Shown: positions 37,836 to 48,397, counted from the stretch's first letter. The stretch is DNA of 64,000 nt from an uncultured Bacilli bacterium (GCA_934149515.1 CAKPFD010000002.1:5777-69776); one strand, 5' to 3'. A program made the numbers and translations. Notes: generated by a model from the letters alone, not told the origin.

Positions 37836-40151
37836 ATGAAAAAAATACCAGTTTTAATTTTAAATGATGGCATACTATTTCCAGGAAATGAATATCGGAT
37901 GGAGACAAATGACGAAAAATTACAAAACTTTTTCGATACCATTGATCACTCTGAATCCAAAGAATTTCTTATCATTCACTCACTAGATAACAAAACCACC
38001 AATGATGTTTTACAATTTCCATCCATTGGAATGCGTGCTCATCTTGATTTAAAACTGTTTGTCCCAAATTCAAAAATGCGAACGGTAACCCTAGGACTAG
38101 ATCGGGTTAAAATATTACATTATCAACAACAAGATGATAGATATTATGCTGACATTGAACCAATTGAAATCAAAAAAGATGAAAAACAAGAAAAAATATA
38201 CATAGATACTTTATTTCGTACTTACGAAGAATATATTCAAGAAATGACCTCCATTAGTAATGCTATGGTAAACGAACTAGCAACCATTCAAGATTTAAGT
38301 AATCTAACAGATATTATTGCCTTCATGCTTCCTTTAACCAAAGAAGAAAAAAAGAAATTCTTATATGAAACAAATCCAATAACAAGAGCCATGAAACTAT
38401 TAGAACAATTAAAAGAAGAAATTGAAATCGCCCATCTTGAAAAGAAAATAGAAACCAAAGTCCACAAGCAACTAGATCAAGAACAGAAAGATTACTATTT
38501 AAAAGAAAAATTAAAAGTCATTAAAGAAGAAATAGGGGATGCCACTACAAAACAGTATGTCATTGATACCTATAAGAAAAAACTACAAAAACTAAAATGT
38601 TCTAATGCTGTCAAAAAAAGAATTACCGAAGAAATCAATCGCTATGAAGCAGCCAATCCTAATTCTGCTGAAATAACAATGATGCGTGATTATCTAGATT
38701 GGATGTTGGCACTTCCTTGGGATTATCAAACCAAAGATATAATGAATTTAAAAGTCATTGCTCAAACACTTGATGCTAGTCATTATGGAATGAAAGAAAT
38801 AAAAACAAGAATCTTAGAATATATTGCAGTCAAGCAAAATGTCAAAGCCAATAAAAGTCCAATTCTTTGTTTTATAGGCCCACCAGGCGTTGGAAAAACA
38901 ACCCTTGCTTATAGTATTGCTAAAAGTTTAGGAAGAAATCTAACTAGTATTTCTGTTGGTGGTATTAATGATGAAGCAGAGATCGTTGGACATCGTAAAA
39001 CTTACATAGGAGCCTTACCTGGTAGAATCATTCAAGGAATGAAAAAAGCAGGTAGTGCCAACCCAGTTTTTGTCATCGATGAAATCGATAAATTAACCAA
39101 AAGTCAAAAAGGAGATCCAGCTAGTAGTTTATTAGAAATACTAGATCAAGAACAAAATAACCACTTTTCTGATCATTACTTAGAACAACCATACGACTTA
39201 TCCCATGTCTTCTTTATTGCCACAGCTAATTATGAAGAACAAATACCACAAGAATTAAAAGACAGATTAGAAATCATTCATCTACCTTCTTATACACTTT
39301 ATGAAAAATTAGAAATAACAACCACGCATCTGTTACCAAAAGTCTTACAAGAACATGGTTTGACCACCTTTCAAGTACAACTAGATAAAGAAGCTATTTT
39401 ATCTATCGTTGAAAACTATACCAAAGAAGCCGGTGTTCGTGAGTTAAAACGTCAATTAGAAAAGATCTGTCGTAAAATTGTTTATAAAAACTTAGAAGAA
39501 AAACAAGATAACTTTTATCAATTAACGAAAGCTGCTCTCAAAACTTATCTAGGCAATCCCTTGTATCAACCAACTGAAAAATTAAATAAAAGTGAAATAG
39601 GTGTTGTCAATGGTCTAGCTTATACTCCTTTTGGTGGGGATATTTTACCAATTGAAGCAACTCATTATGAAGGGACAGGAAACCTATATTTAACTGGATC
39701 TCTTGGCAATGTCATGCAAGAATCAGCCAAAATAGCTCTAAGTTATATCAAAGCAAACTATCGTCGTTTTGGAATTAGTAAAGCAGCTCTTTCCGATGAC
39801 ATTCATATTCATGTACCAGAAGGCGCTGTTACAAAAGAAGGACCAAGTGCTGGTATTGCTCTAACAACCGCCTTAATCAGTTCCCTTAGTAAGAAAAAAG
39901 TAAGCACCAATCTTGCCATGACAGGAGAAATTACCCTTCAAGGTAGAATATTGCCAATCGGTGGCGTAAGAGAAAAAATTCTAGGAGCAAAACGAGCAGG
40001 AGTATTTATTATTTACTTACCTAAAGAAAATGAAAAAGATGTGCAAGAACTAGAAAAGGACTTAGTAAAAGATATTGCTTTTCACTATGTTTCAAACTAC
40101 GAAGAAATTGCCAAAAAATTATTTTTAGAAAAAGAGAAAATAACCATTTGA
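37836..40151 (+). CDS. lon: ATP-dependent Lon protease (LonA)
   Basis: LON N-domain, AAA+ GPPGVGKTT, and protease Ser-Lys site (KEGPSAGIA). Confidence 0.93.
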   Translation: MKKIPVLILNDGILFPGNEYRMETNDEKLQNFFDTIDHSESKEFLIIHSLDNKTTNDVLQFPSIGMRAHLDLKLFVPNSKMRTVTLGLDRVKILHYQQQDDRYYADIEPIEIKKDEKQEKIYIDTLFRTYEEYIQEMTSISNAMVNELATIQDLSNLTDIIAFMLPLTKEEKKKFLYETNPITRAMKLLEQLKEEIEIAHLEKKIETKVHKQLDQEQKDYYLKEKLKVIKEEIGDATTKQYVIDTYKKKLQKLKCSNAVKKRITEEINRYEAANPNSAEITMMRDYLDWMLALPWDYQTKDIMNLKVIAQTLDASHYGMKEIKTRILEYIAVKQNVKANKSPILCFIGPPGVGKTTLAYSIAKSLGRNLTSISVGGINDEAEIVGHRKTYIGALPGRIIQGMKKAGSANPVFVIDEIDKLTKSQKGDPASSLLEILDQEQNNHFSDHYLEQPYDLSHVFFIATANYEEQIPQELKDRLEIIHLPSYTLYEKLEITTTHLLPKVLQEHGLTTFQVQLDKEAILSIVENYTKEAGVRELKRQLEKICRKIVYKNLEEKQDNFYQLTKAALKTYLGNPLYQPTEKLNKSEIGVVNGLAYTPFGGDILPIEATHYEGTGNLYLTGSLGNVMQESAKIALSYIKANYRRFGISKAALSDDIHIHVPEGAVTKEGPSAGIALTTALISSLSKKKVSTNLAMTGEITLQGRILPIGGVREKILGAKRAGVFIIYLPKENEKDVQELEKDLVKDIAFHYVSNYEEIAKKLFLEKEKITI

Positions 40152-40217
40152 GATGTATGTTTTTTAACATAATCTCTTTTTTTTCCTCATACATTTAAAA
40201 GAAAGGAGTTTTAGGAA

Positions 40218-41015
40218 ATGAAACAAATTATTTCATTTAAAAAAGAAGTAGCATTTAAAACGATGATCGCTGAAATTTGTAGTATCTCACTAGAACATAC
40301 CCTTCATTTTACAACGGATGCCACCATTGAAGGAAATCTAATTATTAGTGGTACTTACAAAATGACAGAAGCTACTACCATTGAAGAACCATTCCATTAT
40401 AGCTTACCTGTTGATATCATGCTAACCAATGAATTGGAAGAAGAAGGCAGAAAAATTGCTATTGATAACTTTACTTACAGTATTATGAATGAGGAATTAT
40501 TAGAATTAGATGTTGATATTTTAATTAAAGGCTTAGAAAAAGTAGACACAACCATAGAAGAATTAGAAGAATTAAATACCCAAGATAGAGAAGGGAAAGA
40601 AGAACTACCAACGCAAGAAGAACAAAAGCAAGAAAAAGAACAACAAGAAACCTTAATAGGAGAGGATGAATTAAAAGGTATCACTGAAAGTATCAATAAC
40701 ATTTCAGAACAACTAAAAGAAAACGTTGTAACAGAACAACCAATAGCACAAGAAGAACCACCTAAGCAAAATGACCACCAAGAAAAAATAGAAAATGATA
40801 AAGTCATGAATTCTATCTTTTCTGCCTTTGAAAATACGGAAGAAACTTATACCACGTATTCCATTTATCGTCTAAAGGAAGATGATACCTTAGAACAAGT
40901 ACTAGATCGCTATAAAATCACCAAAGAAGAACTAGCAAACTATAACAATTTAGAACATCTAGAAGCTAATATGAAATTAATTATACCAGCAACCTCTCAA
41001 GATACAAATGCCTGA
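40218..41015 (+). CDS. SpoVID-like spore coat morphogenetic protein (N-terminal SPOCS-like region, acidic linker, C-terminal LysM)
   Basis: The N-terminus resembles SpoVID. E/Q-rich middle. C-terminal LysM (YSIYRLKEDDTLEQVLDRYKITKEELANYNNL). Followed by a ysxE-like gene, as in Bacillus. Confidence 0.55.
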   Translation: MKQIISFKKEVAFKTMIAEICSISLEHTLHFTTDATIEGNLIISGTYKMTEATTIEEPFHYSLPVDIMLTNELEEEGRKIAIDNFTYSIMNEELLELDVDILIKGLEKVDTTIEELEELNTQDREGKEELPTQEEQKQEKEQQETLIGEDELKGITESINNISEQLKENVVTEQPIAQEEPPKQNDHQEKIENDKVMNSIFSAFENTEETYTTYSIYRLKEDDTLEQVLDRYKITKEELANYNNLEHLEANMKLIIPATSQDTNA

Positions 41016-41898
41016 AAAAGAATACTACATTCAAAGATACTGCTATGAAAAAGATAAAAAAATTATCGAGTTAGAAGATAGGAAAATCATTATTATCAAA
41101 AAAACACGTTATGATTTAGAAAAAGTCTATCAAAAATTAAAAGATCACAACATCACAACCATTTTATATCCACTTGCAATCGATCAAGATAATGTCTATT
41201 TTCCCTTTGTAGAAGATAAAGACTTCACTAGTGATGAAAAAGCCAAAAAAATGGTGTATGACTTAGCTATCTGGCAAAATAAAATGACATCTCATATGCC
41301 ATTAGATGTAGATAAAATTAAAAAGACTTATGAATATTATAAAAAAGAAATAACCACAAGAACAATGTATTATAAGAATATGCAAGCCATTGTTGAAACC
41401 AAAGTCTATATGTCTCCTAGTGAATATGTCTTTATCCGTCATAGCAGTATTTTATTTTCCGCCTTTGCCTTCTGCCAAACCATCTTAGAAAAATGGTATG
41501 AAGAAATGATGCAGAAAAAAAATGACCGTTATGTCTACTGTCATGGATCATTTGAATTAAATCATTTTTTAACAGCAAGTGATGGATACTTTCTTCACTT
41601 AGAAAATGCCCATGAAGGAAGCCCTACAGATGATTTTGCTAACTTTTATCGTAAAAATTATCAAGATGTTGATATGATTTCCACTTTCCATTTTTATCAG
41701 TTAAAATATCCCTTTACGCCAGAAGAAAATCTTTTCTTTCAACTACAAATTGTCTTACCAGAAAAAATAGAAATCTATCCATCCAACTTAGCAACTACCA
41801 AAAAACTTACTTATTTTTATGATTACTTAATAAGGACCAACGAATTCATTTCAGCGATTTATCAAAAAGAACAACCGGTCAAAAAAGTAACAAACTGA
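41008..41898 (+). CDS. CotS/YsxE-like kinase-fold spore coat protein
   Basis: Overlaps the spoVID-like stop. Kinase-like loop YCHGSFELNHFL. The call rests mainly on the spoVID-ysxE synteny known from B. subtilis. Confidence 0.45.
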   Translation: MPEKEYYIQRYCYEKDKKIIELEDRKIIIIKKTRYDLEKVYQKLKDHNITTILYPLAIDQDNVYFPFVEDKDFTSDEKAKKMVYDLAIWQNKMTSHMPLDVDKIKKTYEYYKKEITTRTMYYKNMQAIVETKVYMSPSEYVFIRHSSILFSAFAFCQTILEKWYEEMMQKKNDRYVYCHGSFELNHFLTASDGYFLHLENAHEGSPTDDFANFYRKNYQDVDMISTFHFYQLKYPFTPEENLFFQLQIVLPEKIEIYPSNLATTKKLTYFYDYLIRTNEFISAIYQKEQPVKKVTN

Positions 41899-42100
41899 CA
41901 AGAAAAATAAAAACAGCAATTTCTAAAAATAACAAAACAGCATGAATTCTAGTAATGAAAAAAACAAGTAATAAAGCTTGATAACAAATGATAATAACAA
42001 GGGCAATAATAGAAGCTAAAAAGAGAAGACTACTTCTTCTTTTTTGTTTGCAATACGAACAACGACAACAAAAATTATGCTTTTTTTGCTTATATTTCAT
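41879..42100 (-). CDS. hypothetical small Cys-rich membrane protein
   Basis: 73 aa. N-terminal CCRCSYC, then two hydrophobic helices. Good RBS AAAGGTGA, 6 nt before the ATG. Confidence 0.4.
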   Translation of the reverse strand: MKYKQKKHNFCCRCSYCKQKRRSSLLFLASIIALVIIICYQALLLVFFITRIHAVLLFLEIAVFIFLVSLLLF

Positions 42101-42210
42101 CTGTTATCACCTTTAATATACTATATGAAATAAAATACAATTTTGTGTTTTTTGATAGGAATAAAACTATATTTTTCTTGACATTGCTTCTAATATGGCT
42201 TATTATAATA

Positions 42211-42227
42211 TTGATAATGATTATCAA
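42211..42227. promoter_or_regulatory. perfect Fur-family operator (7-1-7 box)
   Basis: TTGATAATGATTATCAA is a perfect palindrome containing the B. subtilis Fur 7-1-7 consensus TGATAATNATTATCA. It lies just downstream of TTGACA (42178-42183)-17-TATTAT (42201-42206). Confidence 0.7.
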
Positions 42228-42239
42228 TAAGAGGTAAAT

Positions 42240-42620
42240 ATGGAACGAAATACCAAACAACAACAAATCATTTTAGAAGTCATTAGTACCTGTCGTATCC
42301 ATCCAACGATGAAACAATTACAACAATTAATTGCTAAAAGGGATGCTACCATTGGACAAGCTACAATTTATCGTACGATCAACCGACTTGTCGAAAAAGG
42401 AATTGTACAAAAAATCTCTGATACAAACGAATATCGTTATGATGTTAACTATGATCACGATCACTTCAAATGCTTACAATGCGGTAAAATCGAAGATATT
42501 TACTTACCTCAAGATAAAACCATATTATCAGATACTCTAAAACCAAGAACCATTACGAAAGTAGAAATGATGATCTATGGTATTTGCGAAGAATGTCAAA
42601 AAAGAAAGAAGGAATTATAA
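42240..42620 (+). CDS. Fur-family metalloregulator (PerR-like by context)
   Basis: 126 aa with winged helix and C-terminal CLQCG...CEEC Zn site. Translationally coupled to rubrerythrin. Confidence 0.8.
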   Translation: MERNTKQQQIILEVISTCRIHPTMKQLQQLIAKRDATIGQATIYRTINRLVEKGIVQKISDTNEYRYDVNYDHDHFKCLQCGKIEDIYLPQDKTILSDTLKPRTITKVEMMIYGICEECQKRKKEL

Positions 42621-43162
42621 TGGAATTAAAAGGATCAAAAACAGAACAAAACTTAATGACTGCTTTTGCAGGTGAAAGCCAAGCTAGAAACAAATATACA
42701 TTCTATGCTTCAAAAGCAAAAAAAGATGGTTATGAACAACTAGCCGCTATCTTTGAAGAAACAGCAAACAATGAAAAAGAGCATGCTAAACTTTGGTTTA
42801 AAGCATTACATGACAACAACATCCCATCTACTATTGATAATTTAGTAGACGCAGCTCAAGGAGAAAATTACGAATGGACAACGATGTATCAAGAATTTGC
42901 AAAAACAGCAAAAGAAGAAGGTTTTGATCATCTAGCATTCTTATTTGAAAGCGTTGGAAAAATTGAACAAGAACATGAAAAAAGATATTTAACATTATTA
43001 CAAAACATCAAAGAAGAAAAAGTATTCCATAAAGATGAAGATAAAATTTGGGTATGCCGTAACTGCGGACATGTTTACATCGGAAAAGACGCTTTAGACG
43101 TTTGTCCAGTATGCAATCATCCACAAAGCTTTATGGAAGTAAAAGCAGAAAATTATCAATAA
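42620..43162 (+). CDS. rbr: rubrerythrin
   Basis: Ferritin-like EX2H motifs ([21 protein letters not shown]) and a C-terminal rubredoxin-like CRNCG...CPVC. Confidence 0.9.
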   Translation: MELKGSKTEQNLMTAFAGESQARNKYTFYASKAKKDGYEQLAAIFEETANNEKEHAKLWFKALHDNNIPSTIDNLVDAAQGENYEWTTMYQEFAKTAKEEGFDHLAFLFESVGKIEQEHEKRYLTLLQNIKEEKVFHKDEDKIWVCRNCGHVYIGKDALDVCPVCNHPQSFMEVKAENYQ

Positions 43163-43270
43163 GAGGAGATCTCTATTCAGATTGTTGGCAAATAAGTAAA
43201 AAGTACTACTTGTTTGTCTTTTATTTATGTTATAATCTAGTTAATATTAGAGAATGGAGACTGATTTGTT

Positions 43271-44590
43271 ATGCCAAAGAGATATAAGCAATATTTTGAT
43301 AGAAAAAGAATTATACATCAAATATTTTCGGGAGATGAAGAAAAATATGAAAATTTATCACCAGTACAAAAAGAAAGATTACTTAAAGTAGTCGACATTA
43401 AAGATCAAAAAGAATACTCATTAATTTTTAAGGAAATATATCCTGGTACTTTAGAGGAATTTGCACATTTGTCAGATTCTGAACAAGAAAATATACTAAA
43501 ATTATACGATGATATGAATGAATATTATAACTTTAAAAATGAAGTTCCAATTTATACTGGCAATCTAAAGGAATTTAAAAAATTAAGTTCTGATAGAAAG
43601 GATTATTTAAAAGATATAGCAAGAACCGAAAAAAAATTACAAGCTATAGAAAGAAATTTCCAAAGGATGAAAAGTTGTCAAGATGAAAAAGAATTTAATA
43701 CGTTAAGCGAAAATAATGACAGATATGTGGGATATTTGCGCCAGATAAAAGAAAGAGTTGTTGAAAATAATCAATATTTACCAGATGAATTCGAAAATTT
43801 GATAAATGTGGATATAAGTACAAATATTAAAAAACCAAAATTTGGTTTCTTGGAGCAAAAAAAATATAAAGTATTAAACAATATGTTGACAGATGATTAT
43901 ATTTTAAAATTAAAGACTAGACAAATTGATAGTGATTTTCAACAAAAAGAAGATTATGATGATAAATCTAAATGGAAAGAATTTATTGATAAAAAAGAAA
44001 AGGACTATAAAAAAGTAGCGACATTAGGTTATACTGGAACCTTTGAAGACTTTTTACAAGAAAAGGCCATAGTAACTTTAGAATATTTAAAATTTGGTTA
44101 TAATAAAATAAAAGAGCAAGAAACGTTAGCGCAAAAAGAAAAATGGGATATGAAAGAAATTGATGATTATAATAGAAAATTAAGACAGGAGGAAGAAGAA
44201 CAAATCAAAAAGTCTATTGAATATAGTACAAAAGTAGAAGAAATAACCAAACAAGCTAATCGTGAATTAAGTGATACCATGAATGGTGAAGCAGCTAGAA
44301 GATTGGCCAGTCATGGTGCATCATATTTGAATAAACTCCTTAATTCTAAACAAGATCCTATAATAAAACCTTCAGAACCTCAAAAACCAAAAGAGGATAC
44401 AACCAAAGATGAAGAAATAAAAAGAAAAATTTCTGAATCACAACAACGTTCTTATAATGAGTTAAGTACTAGTATGAATAGTGATACAGCTAAACAATCA
44501 TCAAATTATTCTGTAAAATCAAGTTCAAACGAAAGAATGAGTCCGGCTGAAGTAGATGCGATTTTAAGAAGAAATGCTGCTAAAAGATAA
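43271..44590 (+). CDS. hypothetical K/E-rich protein, paralog of 3883-5145
   Basis: 439 aa. Islands 44231-44359 and 44405-44482 closely match 4030-4158 and 4534-4614. Three internal Y.G(T/N)(L/F).(E/D)F repeats. Confidence 0.6.
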   Translation: MPKRYKQYFDRKRIIHQIFSGDEEKYENLSPVQKERLLKVVDIKDQKEYSLIFKEIYPGTLEEFAHLSDSEQENILKLYDDMNEYYNFKNEVPIYTGNLKEFKKLSSDRKDYLKDIARTEKKLQAIERNFQRMKSCQDEKEFNTLSENNDRYVGYLRQIKERVVENNQYLPDEFENLINVDISTNIKKPKFGFLEQKKYKVLNNMLTDDYILKLKTRQIDSDFQQKEDYDDKSKWKEFIDKKEKDYKKVATLGYTGTFEDFLQEKAIVTLEYLKFGYNKIKEQETLAQKEKWDMKEIDDYNRKLRQEEEEQIKKSIEYSTKVEEITKQANRELSDTMNGEAARRLASHGASYLNKLLNSKQDPIIKPSEPQKPKEDTTKDEEIKRKISESQQRSYNELSTSMNSDTAKQSSNYSVKSSSNERMSPAEVDAILRRNAAKR

Positions 44591-44647
44591 TGATTTTCAA
44601 TAACAAAAGAAAAATAAAAACCATTCATTTCCTTTCTCAACAATTGT

Positions 44648-44670
44648 AAGAGGGCTTCCTCTTTTTTCTT
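44648..44670 (+). terminator. rho-independent terminator
   Basis: AAGAGG-GCTT-CCTCTT hairpin followed by TTTTT. Confidence 0.55.
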
Positions 44671-44878
44671 TGAAACCACGAATTTTTAAAATAGTCAATC
44701 AAAAAATGCGTAAATTGACAAATTTGATTGTAAAATGGTGTAATTTGTAAGATAAAATTTGACATACTTAATTTACAAATATCAAGATTTTGTGTAATAT
44801 GAAGATAAGCAGAAAGATAGAAAAATCTGCTAGAGACTTCTATGTTACCAAAACAACAAAACAAGAAGGAGAAACAAA

Positions 44879-45802
44879 ATGCATAAGAGTGTTTTATTAG
44901 AAGAATCCATTGAAAGTCTTCACTTACAACCAACAAGTAAAGTAGTAGATATGACATTAGGATTTGCAGGACATAGTAGTCAAATATTAAAAAGAATAAA
45001 CCAAGGGTACCTATTCGCCTTTGACCAAGATGAAGAAGCTATCGCTAGTAGTTATCAAAAACTAAAACAAATTGGCGATAACTTCGAAATTATTGATTCT
45101 AATTTTGCTAATGTCAAAGAAGAATTAGCAAAAAGAAATATAGACAAAGTAGATGCCATTTTGTATGATTTAGGTGTATCAAGTCCACAACTAGATGAAG
45201 ATTATCGTGGCTTTTCTTATCGCTTTGATGCACCACTTGACATGCGAATGGATAAAGATAACCCACTGACTGCAAAAATAATCGTCAATACCTATCAGGA
45301 ACAAGACTTAAGAAGAATTTTTACAAACTATGGAGAAAGTAAATTTGCATCATCGATTGCTAGAAACATTATAAAACATCGTAATCAACAACCAATTGAA
45401 ACCACCTTAGAACTAGTAGAGATCATCAAAGAAGCAACTCCGATGAAAGAAAGGATCAAAAAACATCCAGCAAAACAAATCTTTCAAGCCCTTCGAATTG
45501 AAGTAAATCATGAACTAGAAGTATTAGAGGCATCCATTCAACAAGCCTTGGAATTAATTGATATCAACGGTTATATTGCTGTTATCACGTTTCATTCCTT
45601 AGAAGATCGCTTTATCAAAAAAACTTTTCAAAAAGTAACTGAAATAGATGCTATTTCTAAAGGAATGCCCAATATTCCCCTTGATAAGCAACCAGATTTT
45701 AAATTAATCACCAAAAAGGGAATAAAACCAAGTGAAGAAGAACTAGCAACCAATCATCGTGCCCATAGTGCTACACTAAGAGTCATACAAAGAATAAAAT
45801 AA
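44879..45802 (+). CDS. rsmH: 16S rRNA (cytosine1402-N4)-methyltransferase
   Basis: HKSVLLEESI start, DMTLGFAGHS and GVSSPQLD motifs. Heads the division cluster. Confidence 0.92.
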   Translation: MHKSVLLEESIESLHLQPTSKVVDMTLGFAGHSSQILKRINQGYLFAFDQDEEAIASSYQKLKQIGDNFEIIDSNFANVKEELAKRNIDKVDAILYDLGVSSPQLDEDYRGFSYRFDAPLDMRMDKDNPLTAKIIVNTYQEQDLRRIFTNYGESKFASSIARNIIKHRNQQPIETTLELVEIIKEATPMKERIKKHPAKQIFQALRIEVNHELEVLEASIQQALELIDINGYIAVITFHSLEDRFIKKTFQKVTEIDAISKGMPNIPLDKQPDFKLITKKGIKPSEEELATNHRAHSATLRVIQRIK

Positions 45803-45830
45803 TAAAATAAAAGAAAGGGGAAATGTAACA

Positions 45831-46142
45831 ATGGCAAGATCAAAGACAAAAGTTGTAAAAAAGCGTGTAAAGATGAGCAAATTTGAACGACTAATCTATA
45901 TATTTGCCATTGTTTTAGCAGTAAGTGCACCCATTACCATCGTCTTTTCTAAAGCTACCTTATCACAAGTGAGTTTTGAAGTAGAAAAGAAGAAAAAAGA
46001 AATTCAAACACAAACTAAAACTAATGAAAGTCTAACTATGAAAATCAACGAACTAGCATCACTTGATAAAATTCAAGAAGTTGCGAAAAGTGAAGGCTTA
46101 AGTTATAATAATAATAATATAAAAACAGTAGAAGAAAAATAG
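45831..46142 (+). CDS. ftsL: cell division protein FtsL
   Basis: 103 aa with a single TM helix plus coiled coil. Sits between rsmH and the PBP. Confidence 0.7.
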   Translation: MARSKTKVVKKRVKMSKFERLIYIFAIVLAVSAPITIVFSKATLSQVSFEVEKKKKEIQTQTKTNESLTMKINELASLDKIQEVAKSEGLSYNNNNIKTVEEK

Positions 46143-46153
46143 GTGAGTGCATT

Positions 46154-48310
46154 TTGAAGAAAAAGAAAACTAGAAATCGTGTAAAACTAAATAAACTAGT
46201 GCTATTTCTAGGTCTTTTTTTGTTTCTTATCATGATCATAAGATTAGTACAACTAGGCTTAGCGAAAACTATTGATGGAACTAATCTACAAGCACTAGCT
46301 AGTAAAAGAACTACTAAAACAGAAATAATTGCTTCAAAACGTGGAACAGTGTATACTTCTGATAATGAAGTATTAGCCCAAAATGTCTCTTCTTACAAAC
46401 TAATCGCTTATCTATCAGAATCTAGAACTACCGATAAAAACAACCCTCAACACGTTGTTGATAAAGAAAAAACAGCTAAAGCCTTAGCACCAATTCTTGA
46501 AATTAGCGAAGAAGAAATATTACGTTATTTAAACCGTCAAGGGGCTTATCAAACTGAATTTGGTGTTGCTGGAAAAGGCTTAACAGAATTAACCAAAGAA
46601 AAAATAGAAGCTCTAAATTTACCAGGATTAGATTTTGAGGAAAGTTTTAAACGGTACTATCCAAAAGGAGATTTTCTATCTTATGTGATTGGTTACGCCA
46701 AAGAAAATACGACTACAACAGAAGAAAAAGAAGAACAAACCACGATTACTGGAGAATTAGGAATCGAAAAGTATTATGATAAAACCTTAAAAGGAACAGA
46801 TGGTTATACTACCTATCAAAAAGACTTAAAAGGATATAAAATAGCAGGAACAAAAGAATATACCAAAGAAGCAGAAGATGGTAAAGATATTTATTTAACT
46901 ATCAATAACAATATTCAATTCTTTGTTGAACAAGCTTTAGATGAAGCAGAAGCAACTTGTTCTTTCGACTGGTTTACCATCATGATAGCAGATGCCAATA
47001 CAGGTGCAATTTTAGCGGCAAGCACCTCACCATCCTTTGATCCTAACACAAGAAATATTACAAATTATCTAGACATGAATGTCGCTTCTGCTTATGAACC
47101 AGGATCAACCATGAAAATATTTACCTATATGGCAGCCATGGAGAATGGTGTCTACAATGGTAGTGAACTATATCACTCTGGTGTTTATACGACTACCGAT
47201 GGAACAGAAATAGGTGACTGGAAACGATCAGGCTGGGGCGACATTAGTTTTGATAAAGGTTTTGCTTTATCTAGTAACGTTGGTGTTATCAACTTAATCA
47301 ATCGTCATTTAAATGCAGGTATGTTAAGGGGGTACTTCAAAAAATTAGGTTTCGGTAAAAAAACAGGAATCGAGCTACCAAATGAAGTGGCTGGAAAACT
47401 AGATTTTAAATATGAAACCGAAATATTTAATGCCGGTTTTGGTCAAGGAATTACAACAACACCAATTCAAAACATTCAAGCGTTAACTTCTCTTACCAAT
47501 AATGGAACAATGTTAAAACCATATATTGTTGAAAAAATCGTAGATAGCGATACCAAAGAAGTCGTCTATGAAGGAAAACGCCAAGAAGTAAACAAAGTCG
47601 CTAGTGAAACAACCGTTAATAAAATGAAAGATCTAATGTGGGAAACGGTAAATGGGCAAGGAAATACAGGAGCCGGCTATCGTCTTGATGGTTATAATCT
47701 AATTGGTAAAACAGGAACAGCCCAAATTGCTGATAATACCAAAGGAGGCTACTTACAAGGTGCAAGTGATGTCATTTCCTCTTTTGCTGGAATTTATCCT
47801 AAAGATGATTCTAAAGTCATTATTTATGCCTCTGTTAAACGTCCAGAAGGAGGAAACCAAAAAGTCATCTGGCAAGCTATCAAAAGCATCGTTCTAAACA
47901 TCAGTAAATATTATGGAACCCAACCATCAGAAGAACAAGTAGAAACCCTTTCAAGTTTTGCCCTTCCATCTTATAAAAACAAAAACACCAATCAAGTCAA
48001 ACTAGACTTAGAAAACAAAAAATTAAATCCAATCATCTTAGGAGATGGCAATAAAGTTATCAAACAATATCCAGCAAAAGGAGAAAAAGTTACCACCAAC
48101 GATACAGTGTATTTAGTAACCAATGCCGCCACCCAAACAATACCAGATGTCACAGGATTATCAAGCAAGCAAGCAGAAGATGTATTAAAACTACTAGGTG
48201 TTACCGTCACACTAGATGGAACCGGTTACGTCACGGGGCAAAGCATTGAAAAAGGAACCATCATTACAAGTGATATGAACATCACCTTAACCCTAAATCC
48301 AAAATTCTAA
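46154..48310 (+). CDS. class B penicillin-binding protein (PBP2B/SpoVD type) with two PASTA domains
   Basis: STMK, SSN and KTGT motifs. Two C-terminal PASTA repeats. TTG start after AGGTGAG. Confidence 0.9.
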   Translation: MKKKKTRNRVKLNKLVLFLGLFLFLIMIIRLVQLGLAKTIDGTNLQALASKRTTKTEIIASKRGTVYTSDNEVLAQNVSSYKLIAYLSESRTTDKNNPQHVVDKEKTAKALAPILEISEEEILRYLNRQGAYQTEFGVAGKGLTELTKEKIEALNLPGLDFEESFKRYYPKGDFLSYVIGYAKENTTTTEEKEEQTTITGELGIEKYYDKTLKGTDGYTTYQKDLKGYKIAGTKEYTKEAEDGKDIYLTINNNIQFFVEQALDEAEATCSFDWFTIMIADANTGAILAASTSPSFDPNTRNITNYLDMNVASAYEPGSTMKIFTYMAAMENGVYNGSELYHSGVYTTTDGTEIGDWKRSGWGDISFDKGFALSSNVGVINLINRHLNAGMLRGYFKKLGFGKKTGIELPNEVAGKLDFKYETEIFNAGFGQGITTTPIQNIQALTSLTNNGTMLKPYIVEKIVDSDTKEVVYEGKRQEVNKVASETTVNKMKDLMWETVNGQGNTGAGYRLDGYNLIGKTGTAQIADNTKGGYLQGASDVISSFAGIYPKDDSKVIIYASVKRPEGGNQKVIWQAIKSIVLNISKYYGTQPSEEQVETLSSFALPSYKNKNTNQVKLDLENKKLNPIILGDGNKVIKQYPAKGEKVTTNDTVYLVTNAATQTIPDVTGLSSKQAEDVLKLLGVTVTLDGTGYVTGQSIEKGTIITSDMNITLTLNPKF

Positions 48311-48397
48311 AGAGAATCCATCGATTCTTTTTTTTCTATCTTGAACCAAATTCCTCCCATTTTCCCCACCATTTCTTATCTTTTTTATTATTTTCTC

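Noticed and set aside
42389-42395. Perfect Spo0A-box heptamer TGTCGAA inside the Fur-family CDS.
   Set aside because: It is intragenic, so it is taken as a chance occurrence. It is recorded because it lowers the significance of the 0A boxes reported at 8118 and 16351.
44637-44957. 106-aa minus-strand ORF spanning the rsmH start.
   Set aside because: It overlaps the rsmH start and the upstream promoter/terminator region. It has no RBS and a low-complexity hydrophobic translation. It is also not mraZ, which would be on the + strand.
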